This document shows positions 11,046-20,483 of a DNA stretch of 64,000 nucleotides, in pieces (the stretch's first letter is position 1; the number at the start of each line of letters is the position of its first letter). Source of the DNA: an uncultured delta proteobacterium (lineage in GTDB: Bacteria; Desulfobacterota; Binatia; UBA9968); the NCBI GenBank assembly GCA_963816145.1, contig CAWFJP010000030.1, forward strand, positions 416,001-480,000, given 5' to 3'. The notes below the pieces were generated by a model that had not been told where the DNA came from, ran no database searches, and was given only the letters and a program-made list of their open reading frames with translations. The translations under genes were made by a program, and so were the position numbers.

Positions 11046-11351
11046 CTAAGCCGGCGCGTGGGCTGTGTAGTCGCGAGCGACCTCCAAGCCAACGCCGTCG
11101 AATCCCGCGAAGATATCCTGAGCCCGGTCAAGCGCGGCTTGCACATGGGGCAGAATATTTTCGCGGCCGATGACTTCGACAAAATCGGATTCCTCGATAA
11201 ACCGAGCCGGCTGATCGCGCGCGCCACAAAGCAACAAGACTCTGCTGGATCGTTTGATGCGTTTGGCGAACATTTCAATGGCGTGAAGACCCGTGGCATC
11301 GATGGCCGTCATGTGACGTAGGCGAAGTATGACGATCCGCGTTAGAACCAA
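11046..11351 (-). pseudogene. C-terminal STAS-domain remnant of a SulP anion permease
   Basis: IVILRLRHMTAIDATGLHA...LLLCGARDQP...IGRENI..V.AALDRA is the SulP STAS tail. The transmembrane part is missing. Confidence 0.75.
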
Positions 11352-11357
11352 GTGAGG

Positions 11358-12941
11358 CTACAGGTCGTTGCCCGCGTAGGATAGATTGAAACTCTTATTC
11401 ACCAGCGGGAAATCGGGCACGATGTTTTTCAGAATGGCATAGTTGAGCGCCGGCCAATTGGCGAAGGAGGGATCCTTGATCTTAACTCGCCGGAGCGATT
11501 GGTTCTTGCCGCCGACCACCCAGTGCCATATCGGGCCGCGCCAACCTTCCACCAAGCCGAAGGCTCCTTCGCCTTCTGGAAGTGTGTCTAACGCCACGGC
11601 GAGCCTGCCGCTCGGCAACGCCTCAAGCGCCGACCCGATCAAACGCGACGCCTCACGCGCTTCTTCTACGCGCACCATCATTCGCGCCCATACATCTCCT
11701 TCAGCGTGCACGATCACCCGTGGTGGCAATGCTGAATAGGCGGCGAAGGGATGGTCGCGCCGCGCATCTGCGTCGATCCCGCTCGCCCGTGCCGGAACGC
11801 CGACCACCTGCATTTCGCGCGCGGTCTGTTGGTTCAATCGCCCGGTGCCGTGCAAACGATCAAGCACCAGGCCGTTGTTGGTCGCGATGTCAACAACCTG
11901 ATCGAAGTCGGCAATGATGCGGCTAATTGTGCTCAGCGCGTCGGCAATCTGCTCCGCATCGAAATCTCGCGTCACTCCGCCCGGAACCAGGGAATCACGC
12001 AAGAGCCGGTGGCCGAGCAAACGCATGTTCAGGCGAAATAGATCCTCGCGCAAGCGCAGCGCGTGCACATTGGCGAACGCAAATCCGGTATCCGTGCAAA
12101 TGGCGCCGACGTCGGCGATATGATTGTAGAGTCGTTCGAGTTCAAGCAGGACGACGCGCAGATACGCTGCGCGCGGTGGAATGATTACGCCGGCAAGCGT
12201 TTCAACGGCTTGACAAAAAGCCATGGCGTGCGCCACGCTCGAGTCGCCGGAGATGCGCTCGGCCAGTTTGACCCCTTGCGCGGGCGTGGCCGTCTCGAAA
12301 AGCTTCTCTATGCCCTTGTGAACAAAATACATGCGGGACTCAAGATTAATAATCGTTTCGCCTTCGACGCTGAAGCGAAAATGGCCGGGCTCGATGATGC
12401 CCGCGTGCACTGGGCCGACGGTGATTTCGTACAGCCCTTCACCTTCGACGCGGCGAAATGGATAGGGTTGGCCATCATCGGAAAAATCTTGGCGAGCGGT
12501 CGAGTCTTTCAACAAAGGATGATAATGGGCCGGCCAAAATTGGTGCAACGGCAAGCGGCGCAAATCGGGGTGTCGGGTCGGCACCAGTCCAAACAGGTCA
12601 TGAATCTCGCGCTCGAAACGGCTCGCGAGATACCAGCGCGTCGCGAGCGACGGGAATGTCGGATCCCCGGCGGGGACGCTGATTGAGGCGACGACGAACC
12701 CAGCGGCGCCGTCAACCTCAAAAACATAGCGCAAGGTGAAGGCTTTGGCTTCTAACCGGGTATCTTCGGCGACGATAAGTTCCGGACGAGCATGGACTTC
12801 CGCCCGCAGGTAATCGGCGAACCCGATCAGTGTCTCTCGCGGGACGCTGACACGCAGCTCACGCGGACTGCGCAGTTGGATATCGCTCGGATTCAGATTG
12901 GCGGCGACCAGCCGCTGCTTTAGCTCCTTCAAATCCGCCAT
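11358..12941 (-). CDS. Ehr/HyfG-like large subunit (NuoC+NuoD fusion) lacking NiFe-ligating cysteines
   Basis: FEREIHDLFG, GPVHAGIIEPGHFRF, HKGIEK and EGWRG motifs. The L1 motif reads ERISGDSSVAH and the L2 motif reads DFPLVNKSFNLSY, with no CxxC in either. Confidence 0.9.
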   Translation of the reverse strand: MADLKELKQRLVAANLNPSDIQLRSPRELRVSVPRETLIGFADYLRAEVHARPELIVAEDTRLEAKAFTLRYVFEVDGAAGFVVASISVPAGDPTFPSLATRWYLASRFEREIHDLFGLVPTRHPDLRRLPLHQFWPAHYHPLLKDSTARQDFSDDGQPYPFRRVEGEGLYEITVGPVHAGIIEPGHFRFSVEGETIINLESRMYFVHKGIEKLFETATPAQGVKLAERISGDSSVAHAMAFCQAVETLAGVIIPPRAAYLRVVLLELERLYNHIADVGAICTDTGFAFANVHALRLREDLFRLNMRLLGHRLLRDSLVPGGVTRDFDAEQIADALSTISRIIADFDQVVDIATNNGLVLDRLHGTGRLNQQTAREMQVVGVPARASGIDADARRDHPFAAYSALPPRVIVHAEGDVWARMMVRVEEAREASRLIGSALEALPSGRLAVALDTLPEGEGAFGLVEGWRGPIWHWVVGGKNQSLRRVKIKDPSFANWPALNYAILKNIVPDFPLVNKSFNLSYAGNDL

Positions 12942-14390
12942 CTATACTCCCAAAACTTTCAGCACTTGCTGGAGCGCGGTTACAAACGGGGAGGGTAGGG
13001 TGAGTCCCAGCACAACCAAGACTATGAAATTCGCGGCGAGGGGCGCGAGCCACAGCCGCAGCGCATCACCGCGCGGGAGATCAGTCGGAGGCTCGCCGTA
13101 TAACATTCCATTCACGCTCGCCAACATTCCCCCGAAAACGATGACGAGAAGGATCACGCCTGTTCCCGCCGCCCACGGTTGGCTCGCAAAGCCGGCGCGA
13201 AAAATCATGAACTCGCTAATGAACGGCGCAAACGGCGGCAAGCCGATCAGCGCAAGTGTGCCGGCGAGAAAAAGCGCGCCGGTCCACGGCGCCACCTGCA
13301 ACAGTCCACGCACCTCGCGAATTTCCGCACTGTGATATTTGAGTAGAATATTGCCCGAAAGAATGAAGAGCAGCGATTTCGACAGCGCATGATTGACCAC
13401 ATGGAAAAGCGCGCCGAAGATCCCCCAATACCCGCCGAAGCCCAAACCGAGGCAAATGATACCGATGTGTTCGACGCTCGAATAGGCCAGCATTCGTTTA
13501 TAGTTGCGCTGGCTGACCAAGAAAAACGCCGCAACCAGAAGTGAGAACAACCCTACGCCGATCAACAAACGCGCGGCAAATTCCGGCCCGACCGCCACAT
13601 CGACGACCGCCTTGAATCGTATCATTGCATACAAGCCGACGTTGAGCAGTACTCCCGACATCAGCGCGCTGATCGGTGCAGGCGCTTCGCTATGCGCGTC
13701 CGGTAGCCACGTATGCATCGGCGCGAGCCCCGCCTTCGTTCCATAGCCGATGACGATGAACACGAACGCCAGCCGTACCACCTCAGGATTGAGTGACCCC
13801 GCGGCGGCGCGCAGCGCGCTCCAATTGACGGCGATTTCACCGGCCTTTGCGGCCCCGGCGTAGTACACCAGCGCGGTGCCGATAAACGCGAGCGCGATGC
13901 CCACGGACGACAAAATCAAATACTTGTAAGCGGCTTCGAGTGAGGTACGAGTCTGGTGCAAATTGACCAGAAACACCGTCGCCAGGGTCGTTCCTTCAAT
14001 GGCGACCCACATCACGCCGAGATTATCCGTCGTCACCGCCAAGAGCATGGTGAAAATAAACAGCTGGAAGAGCGCGAAGAACAACCGCGCGCGCGACAAA
14101 TGCTCGCCGTCGAATTCGGCGCGGATGTAGCCGACCGCGTAAAGCGAAGCGATCGCGCCGAGAAAAGTAATGATGGCGATCATGAAAGCGGACAACGCGT
14201 CAACGCGAAATAGATCACGGACTGCGCTGAGGACTGCACCGTTCCACACCTGGGCGACGATGACCGCTCCCGTGGCCAACGTTGCCAGTCCCGCCAGGGT
14301 GTGCAACAGTTCGATCAGCGCACGCCGGCGGGCGACAGCGATCAGCCCCGCCGCCGCGAGCGGTATTAGCAGCAAACTAACCAGTATCAT
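12942..14390 (-). CDS. hyfF: HyfF-like antiporter-type membrane subunit
   Basis: MWVAIEGTTL, EAAYKY, GYGTKAGLAPMHTWLPDAHSEAP and KRMLAYSSVEH motifs. Confidence 0.9.
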   Translation of the reverse strand: MILVSLLLIPLAAAGLIAVARRRALIELLHTLAGLATLATGAVIVAQVWNGAVLSAVRDLFRVDALSAFMIAIITFLGAIASLYAVGYIRAEFDGEHLSRARLFFALFQLFIFTMLLAVTTDNLGVMWVAIEGTTLATVFLVNLHQTRTSLEAAYKYLILSSVGIALAFIGTALVYYAGAAKAGEIAVNWSALRAAAGSLNPEVVRLAFVFIVIGYGTKAGLAPMHTWLPDAHSEAPAPISALMSGVLLNVGLYAMIRFKAVVDVAVGPEFAARLLIGVGLFSLLVAAFFLVSQRNYKRMLAYSSVEHIGIICLGLGFGGYWGIFGALFHVVNHALSKSLLFILSGNILLKYHSAEIREVRGLLQVAPWTGALFLAGTLALIGLPPFAPFISEFMIFRAGFASQPWAAGTGVILLVIVFGGMLASVNGMLYGEPPTDLPRGDALRLWLAPLAANFIVLVVLGLTLPSPFVTALQQVLKVLGV

Positions 14391-15061
14391 TCTTTCAATT
14401 TTTCCAATTCGCCGACGTCGATCGAGTCGAAATTATCCTTGATGCGATAGACAAATACTTCCATGATCAGCACGGCGACCAGCACGTCGAGAAAGACCCC
14501 CATTTCGACGATGAAGGGCACGCCGTACGTCGCCAAGAGGGCGAGCAAGAAGATGCCGTTTTCCAACATGAGGAATCCAAGAATCTGCGTCACCGCCCGG
14601 CGGCGATTGACCATGATAAAGAAACCAATCAGGACGCCGGCGAACGCGAGCGGGATGGCATCTGCCGTGGGCAAAGAATTCGAAGCGGCGATAGGGGTCA
14701 TCACGTAAAACGATAGGATCGTGAGTATGCCGCAGATAATGAGCGCCGGCGCGGTCCCCAGATACGGCGCCGCAACTCGCGCCAGGCCGATCTTTGCCAC
14801 GGCGCGATTGAGTACGCGAGGAATCATGATGGCTTTGACGACCACAAGCGCAACGCCGACGCCGAACAATTCGAGACTACCGCTGTAGAGCGCGATCAGC
14901 ATGGAGAGCATGGCGAGCACGAACGATTGCAATCCGAACACGCGCACCTGTCCCTCCAGACTGCTTCGGACAATCAGCAAGATGGTCAATCCGAGGGCGA
15001 CAAACGCCAGCAGATTGACCGCCTTGGACAGCACTTCAGCAGACATAGCAATTCCCATCAT
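14387..15061 (-). CDS. hyfE: HyfE-like membrane subunit
   Basis: Hydrophobic protein with QILGFLMLENGIFL and PFIVEMGVFLDVL motifs. Confidence 0.85.
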   Translation of the reverse strand: MMGIAMSAEVLSKAVNLLAFVALGLTILLIVRSSLEGQVRVFGLQSFVLAMLSMLIALYSGSLELFGVGVALVVVKAIMIPRVLNRAVAKIGLARVAAPYLGTAPALIICGILTILSFYVMTPIAASNSLPTADAIPLAFAGVLIGFFIMVNRRRAVTQILGFLMLENGIFLLALLATYGVPFIVEMGVFLDVLVAVLIMEVFVYRIKDNFDSIDVGELEKLKE

Positions 15062-16002
15062 TTGATAAAAAACGCGGTCACTACGGCCAACAACGCGATC
15101 GTAAACGACCCGGCTAAAAGTGCCGGCACACGGAAAAGACGGAGCTTGGCGACCGCTGTTTCCACTAACGCAATGGCCAACGCGAAAAGCACAAGTTTAA
15201 CGGCAAGCGCGAGAAAAGCCCCAACGAGGGCGACCGGCGTGTTCGCCAGCGCGACGCCCCAGGGAAAAAACAAGTTCGACAACAACGTCAAGAACAAAAA
15301 CAATTTCATCGCAGCCGCCCATTCCACCAGCGCGAGTAGATGGCCGGAATATTCCAAGATCATCGCTTCGTGAATCATCGTCAGTTCGAGATGAGTGGCG
15401 GGATTGTCCACCGGCAATCGCCCGTTTTCCGCCAGCGCAACAATGAAGAACGCAAAGAACGCGAGCAAATGCCCTGCGTTTAACATCAAGAGCGGCTCGG
15501 CGGCAAAACGCGTGATGATGCCATCGAGACTGGTCGTGCCGGCACGCAGAGCGATACCGAAAATCGCGATCAACACGGTGGGCTCGGCCAGCGCGGCAAG
15601 GGCAACCTCGCGGCTCGATCCCATGCCTCCAAAAGCGCTCCCCGCGTCCAACCCCGCCAGCGCAAGAAAGAAGGTGCCGAGCAATAATAGATACATCAGA
15701 GCGATGATGTTGCCCATGAAGCCGAGCGGAGCGCGGGTCGTCAGCACCGGGACGATGAGCGCCGACAAGAGCATCGTCGTGGCCAGCAGGTAGGGCGTGA
15801 AGCGAAAGATCCAAGAGGTATTTTCGGAAACCACCACCTCTTTCAAAAGCAATTTCCGAATGTCGGCGTAAGGCTGCAAAATACCCGCGCCGCGACGCCC
15901 CTGCAGGCGCGCCTTCGCCTTGCGGATCACGCCGACAAGCAAGGGCGATCCGAACATGACGATAAGCAGCTGCAACAGCTGGATTACTATTTCTGTAAGC
16001 AT
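15058..16002 (-). CDS. hyfC: HyfC/HycD (NuoH-like) membrane subunit
   Basis: KARLQGRRG, QPYADIRKLL, FGGMGSSRE, AENGRLPVD and ELTMIHEAMILEYSG motifs. Confidence 0.9.
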   Translation of the reverse strand: MLTEIVIQLLQLLIVMFGSPLLVGVIRKAKARLQGRRGAGILQPYADIRKLLLKEVVVSENTSWIFRFTPYLLATTMLLSALIVPVLTTRAPLGFMGNIIALMYLLLLGTFFLALAGLDAGSAFGGMGSSREVALAALAEPTVLIAIFGIALRAGTTSLDGIITRFAAEPLLMLNAGHLLAFFAFFIVALAENGRLPVDNPATHLELTMIHEAMILEYSGHLLALVEWAAAMKLFLFLTLLSNLFFPWGVALANTPVALVGAFLALAVKLVLFALAIALVETAVAKLRLFRVPALLAGSFTIALLAVVTAFFIK

Positions 16003-16044
16003 AGGCCGTTCTCGTAAGTATTACGCATTTCTCGGGCGGCGGGA

Positions 16045-18045
16045 CTACACCGTCAGGATTAATAACGCGACGAGCGCCACTAAAATATAAACCAGATAAC
16101 TGTGTACGTTGCCCGATTGTAAGGCGCGCGCCGCGCGCGCCAATGCCTGAATCAGGCGTAGAAGCGGCCTATACAGTGTGTCTTCAAAGACCGAGCGTCC
16201 TTCGTTGTAATACGCGATGGTGCGCACGAAATAACGCGACTCGGGGTGAAACTCGATGTCGAGCTGCTTGACCGGGCGATACAACAAAGCGAAAACGCGC
16301 TTAAAGGGATTAGCGAAGGCGGTTGCGGTGTATTCAAAACGCGCCGTCTGTAGCGCGCGCCCGCAGCCCCAGGTCTCGTAGTAGCGGCGCCACTTGTTGA
16401 CACCCATCAGGCGCAGCGCAAGCGGAATCGCTACCAGAAAAACGACAAGTCCGAGTGCGATCCACAACGGCGCGACCCAGCCGAACCCGTCGTTGGCCAC
16501 AACCGCGTTCCAATCGAAGTGCATGTCGGCGTGCCCGCCCATGAGATCGAAGACCGTCGCTTCGAGTGGCGCCAGTATCAGCGATGGCGCAACGCCGAGG
16601 ACGACACACACGAGCGCCAGCAGCGCCATGGCCGCGCGCATCGTCCATGCGACTTCGCGCGCAAGCGCGGCGGGATCGCTCCGCGGCAGGGCCAGGAAGG
16701 TGATGCCGAAAGCCCTGACAAAACACGCCGCGGCGAGGCCGCTCGTCAGTGCGAGGGCGGCGACGCCGAGCGCGAAAATCAAATTGACCTGTGCGCGGCG
16801 ATCTGAAAACTCAACAGCAGCGACTGAACCGTTAGCCATTCACTGTAAAACCGATGAACCGGGGGGCGGGGAATGCCAATGAACCGATCAGGAAGAAGAC
16901 CGCTGTTTGCGGCATGCACTTAATGAGTCCGCCCAGTTCTTCCATATTTCGCGTATGAGTCGCGTGCAGAACCGCACCGGCGCCCATGAACAGCAGGCTC
17001 TTGAACGCGGCGGACTAAGCGGGTGATAAAGGGCTGCCACGAGCGCCAGCGCTGCCAGGCCCGGCAAACTAAACGCCTGGAACAACATTGCAGCACCCAG
17101 ACCGAGCATAATAATGCCGATGTTTTCGACACTGGAGTACGCCAGCAAGCGTTTCAAATCGGCGTCGATCAGCGCATACAGGACGCCAAGCACCCCCGAG
17201 ACCGCCCCGACGATGAGCAACGTCGCGCCCCACCACAGCGGCCCGGATCGCAACCAGCAAAAGCGACGGGCATCAGGCGTCACACCGAGCTTAATCATCA
17301 CACCGGAACAGCGCGGAAACGTGACTGCCGGCAGGATGGGCCACGGCACAGACATGCTCCGGTTGGCCCGCTTTGGACCCGACGCCCAGCGCTGAACATA
17401 CAAAAAATCAAGTTGCGTGAGGTTGTGTCGAGTTTGCCCGCCGCCGCGCCCCATTGGGCGAAAGACATTGTCCCGGTGGCCTGCGCTAACAACAGGAACC
17501 CCACCAACAACGCAGCAAATCCCGCGTGGGTCATGACAAAGTAAACCCAGCCTGCACGCAGCGTCTCCTCGCGCTCGCGTTCCGTAATCACCAAAAAATA
17601 TGATGCCAGCGACATCAGTTCCCAAAGCACAAGAAACGTCAGCACGTTGCGCGCCAGCGCGACGAGAATCATCGCTGCGACAAAAACGTTGAATGCGAAT
17701 GCCATCCGGCGAGCGAATGTTTACCGCCGTCTCTCGCGTAAAGACCGATCGAGTCACCCCGGACGGGATTGCCAACGGCAATGACCAGCGCGAAAAACGC
17801 ACCAGCCGGACTCGCCGAACGCGGCGACGCCGTCGGCAGCAGATCTGGCTGTTAAGTTCCATACTGCTGAAAGCGAGCCGGACACAGAACACAATTGCCG
17901 CGATGGGCCAGCCACGCACTTGTTTATCCGCGACGCGAGAGCGAGTTGGCGAGCGCGCTGTAACCAACGCGCCGACTGTGCCCGCGCTGAAACAAGCGAA
18001 GGTGACAAGGAACAAATCGACCATCAAGGTTGAATCAATGATCAT
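16045..18045 (-). pseudogene. hyfB: HyfB-like antiporter-type subunit, heavily frameshifted (sequencing error or decay)
   Basis: Fragments in different frames: FLVLWELMSLASYFLV, DLKRLLAYSSVENIGI, CFVRAFGITFLALPRS, ETWGCG and LQSGNVHSYL. Confidence 0.8.
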
Positions 18046-18081
18046 TGCGGTAGATGCGAAAGCTGGATTGGAACTGAGGCC

Positions 18082-18596
18082 TCAAGGCTGTTTTTCCAAG
18101 GCAGCGAGGATGCCCAGCAAGATTGACCGGGGCTCCGGCGGACAGCCGTGCACGACGGCGTCCACAGGCAAAATCGCGGACACCGGGCCGACGACACCGT
18201 AGCCGCCCGCGAATACGCCGCAATCATGCGCACAGTCGCCGATCGCCACAACGATTTTCGGCGCGGGAGTCGCGTCGTAGGTTCACTTTAGCAAGTTCTC
18301 CTTTTCGGCGTGACCGGGCCAGTCACAAGCAAACAATCGGCATGACGGGGTGAGGCAACGAAATGCATGCCAAATCGTTCGAGATCGTAGTACGGGTTGT
18401 TCAACGCACCGATCTCCAACTCGCAACCGTTGCAAGACCCCGCGTCCACCTCTCGAATATGCAAGGAACGGCCAAAGCGTTTGCGAGCGCGCTCGTCAAT
18501 TTGACTGGCTATAACTTCAATTTGCGTGTCATCCGCCGAATTTAGCGCTTCGGTGACGACAGGTGTTTTCAATAGATACTCAAACAATGACGTCAT
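18082..18596 (-). CDS. Ehr/HyfI-like small Fe-S subunit (NuoB-like), frameshift near 18290
   Basis: IREVDAGSCNGCELEI and ASPRHADCLLVTGPVT, then in another frame VAIGDCA and VHGCPPEP, ending at TGA 18084-18082. Confidence 0.85.
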
Positions 18597-18646
18597 CGGA
18601 TTGCGATCTTGGTCGTAGCAATATGGTCGAGGTAGATGTTTTCCAT

Positions 18647-18982
18647 TTAGAGCCCCTTGGCTCCCTTACCTTTCAGGTATGTGATGATCTCGGTATTCAG
18701 GCCCTTAGCCTCAGAAAAATCGGCGCCGGTGACAATTGCGCCGGTAAAGACGGTGCCGTTTAAATTTGCTTTTTTAAAACTTACGTTGATAAGCATTGAG
18801 TTGGATAAATCGGCGTTGGTTAAATCACTTCCGGCAAGATTGCCGTAATTTAATCGGCAACCCTTAAGATTGGCTCGGTTAAGATCTAGGGTAGAGAGAT
18901 CCATACCCGAGAGATAAAGATTCCTGAGGTCGACTCCGGCCAGGCTTTCGTGTTTTTCAATTTTTTGCAAAATACGTTTCAT
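18647..18982 (-). CDS. Pentapeptide repeat protein
   Basis: Tandem A(D/N)Lxx-type repeats (VDLRN, ANLKG, SDLTN, ADLSN, ANLNG, ADFSE). GGAG RBS. Confidence 0.85.
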   Translation of the reverse strand: MKRILQKIEKHESLAGVDLRNLYLSGMDLSTLDLNRANLKGCRLNYGNLAGSDLTNADLSNSMLINVSFKKANLNGTVFTGAIVTGADFSEAKGLNTEIITYLKGKGAKGL

Positions 18983-19192
18983 ATCTTTATCTCCCCGCCA
19001 GAGGTTATATTCGTATGTGCCACGCTCCTCACACCGTCCTTCAATCTGGACCGTGGCAAGAGATTTCGCCTTAAGCCATGCGCCGTAACCTTTCAGAATC
19101 TCCCTGGTTCCTGTGCTGAGATCATAACGATCGAAATCAAAATTAATGTCGGCAAGAGGCCCTTGCTCCCCGCTATTGCCCAGAGTTTCCTT
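18983..19192 (-). pseudogene. Pal/OmpA-C peptidoglycan-binding domain remnant, in frame with the pentapeptide gene
   Basis: Manual translation: GPLADINFDFDRYDLSTGTREILKGYGAWLKAKSLATVQIEGRCEERGTYEYNL, compared with Pal consensus FDFD...IEGHCDERGTxEYN. Preceded by TAG at 19195-19193 and lacking a standard start. Confidence 0.7.
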
Positions 19193-19255
19193 CTAGCCGG
19201 TTCAAGGTAATTTGATATCAGGAGTTGCCAGATACTTTTCCCCAGCCGAATGAAC

Positions 19256-19633
19256 TTACTCTTTATTTGCAGATAGCTCCACGTTCCGTAGGGTGTCTCT
19301 AATGGTTTGTGGTTTGACAGGAAAAACAAGGAAAGCCGCGGCCTTTTCCTTCACGGCTTTAACCAGAGTCTGCTTCGCGATGAGGGAAATAACCGCAACT
19401 ACAGGCACTCGCCCGGCGAATGCCAAACACTCGTCCAATATGTCCACATCTTTGGGATAGCGCAGTTGAACGATGATGAAATGCGGCTTATATAAAGGGC
19501 ACACGCCCCGGGCGCGGTGAGGGGTTTCAAGAGCAGCAACTTCGTAACCTTGTTCACCCAGTAAGGCGAAAAGCTCATTGTCCGCCTTCTCACCAATCAA
19601 CAAAACTTTTTTCTTCATTTCCGCCATTGTCAT
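19256..19633 (-). CDS. Atypical (pseudo-)receiver domain protein
   Basis: REC fold pattern (KKVLLI, GYEV, PHFIIV, VPVVAV, AAAFLVFPV) without the acidic pair, phospho-Asp or Lys. Confidence 0.6.
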   Translation of the reverse strand: MTMAEMKKKVLLIGEKADNELFALLGEQGYEVAALETPHRARGVCPLYKPHFIIVQLRYPKDVDILDECLAFAGRVPVVAVISLIAKQTLVKAVKEKAAAFLVFPVKPQTIRDTLRNVELSANKE

Positions 19634-19878
19634 CTTATCTGTCTCCCCTCTGGCTTATGCGATCCACCGCAATTTTCTCGTTACTCACGTGCGCAGGCCA
19701 ACACCGAGGTTCATAGGGCCTCCCTATATTCGCGCGAGCACCAGGAGCGTCGCGTTGATAACTAGTTGCCCGCGTTGCATATCAGCTGGTATGAACTCAT
19801 CAATTTTACTGCACCATCGTTTAAAGCTAATATTCTGATTGAAGCGGTGGCATTGGCATTCACTTCGCGGCGCATCCT

Positions 19879-20199
19879 TCAGATCATCTCCTTGAGCATA
19901 GATACCGCCTCCTCCACATGACTTTGGAAATAGCGCCGCATAATGTCCATGAGCTCGTTCAGCAGCGGATCGCGCAAAGAATAAAACACTTGGTTGCCTT
20001 CCTTGCGGCTGCTGACGATCTGTCGACCTCGGAGTATCGCTAGATGTTGCGACGCGTTGGCTTGCTCGATCGCCAAACGCTCGATGATGGTTCCCGCGGA
20101 CAATTCTCCGTCTCGCAACACTTCAAGGATGGCGATTCGGGTCGGATGGGCAAGGGCTTGAAAGATACTCGCTTTAAACTGTCTTAATGTTTCGGGCAT
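19879..20199 (-). CDS. ArsR/SmtB-family repressor (Rv0081-like)
   Basis: FKASIFQALAHPTRIAILEVL, QANASQHLAILR and RKEGNQVFYSL motifs. Probable ATG at 20199. Confidence 0.9.
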   Translation of the reverse strand: MPETLRQFKASIFQALAHPTRIAILEVLRDGELSAGTIIERLAIEQANASQHLAILRGRQIVSSRKEGNQVFYSLRDPLLNELMDIMRRYFQSHVEEAVSMLKEMI

Positions 20200-20243
20200 G
20201 ACGAAATCTCCGATAACTGCGATATTGGATATTGTAACGGCCA

Positions 20244-20275
20244 ATTAGTATATTCGCAATATCGAATATACTAAT
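20244..20275. promoter_or_regulatory. Probable ArsR operator, perfect 13-6-13 inverted repeat
   Basis: ATTAGTATATTCG-CAATAT-CGAATATACTAAT, about 45 nt upstream of the arsR start. Confidence 0.75.
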
Positions 20276-20393
20276 ATGATGGTTAAATACTCCTACCCTC
20301 TGGCACAATTAAATAACTCACGTATTTTCAATACCTTATGGATAAGGCTGTTAGACAGCGAGGGGTCGACGCTAAGCAATTTCATTAGTTCGA

Positions 20394-20431
20394 AAAGCAA
20401 AAGCCGAGAGAAGTCTCCCGGCTTTTGCTTT
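20394..20431. terminator. Rho-independent (possibly bidirectional) terminator after the amidohydrolase gene
   Basis: AAAGCAAAAGCCG...CGGCTTTTGCTTT stem with A/T-rich ends. Confidence 0.6.
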
Positions 20432-20440
20432 GCCGCTGGC

Positions 20441-20474
20441 TTGAACTATTTGAACGTTTTGAATGGCTTGAACG
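20441..20474. repeat. 9-nt periodic TTGAAC repeat
   Basis: TTGAACTAT TTGAACGTT TTGAATGGC TTGAACG. Confidence 0.6.
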
Positions 20475-20483
20475 CGTGTAAAT

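Noticed and set aside
11358-18596. Group 4 [NiFe]-hydrogenase / formate hydrogenlyase
   Set aside because: The large subunit lacks both CxxC Ni-binding motifs, and there are no hyp, protease or fdh genes.
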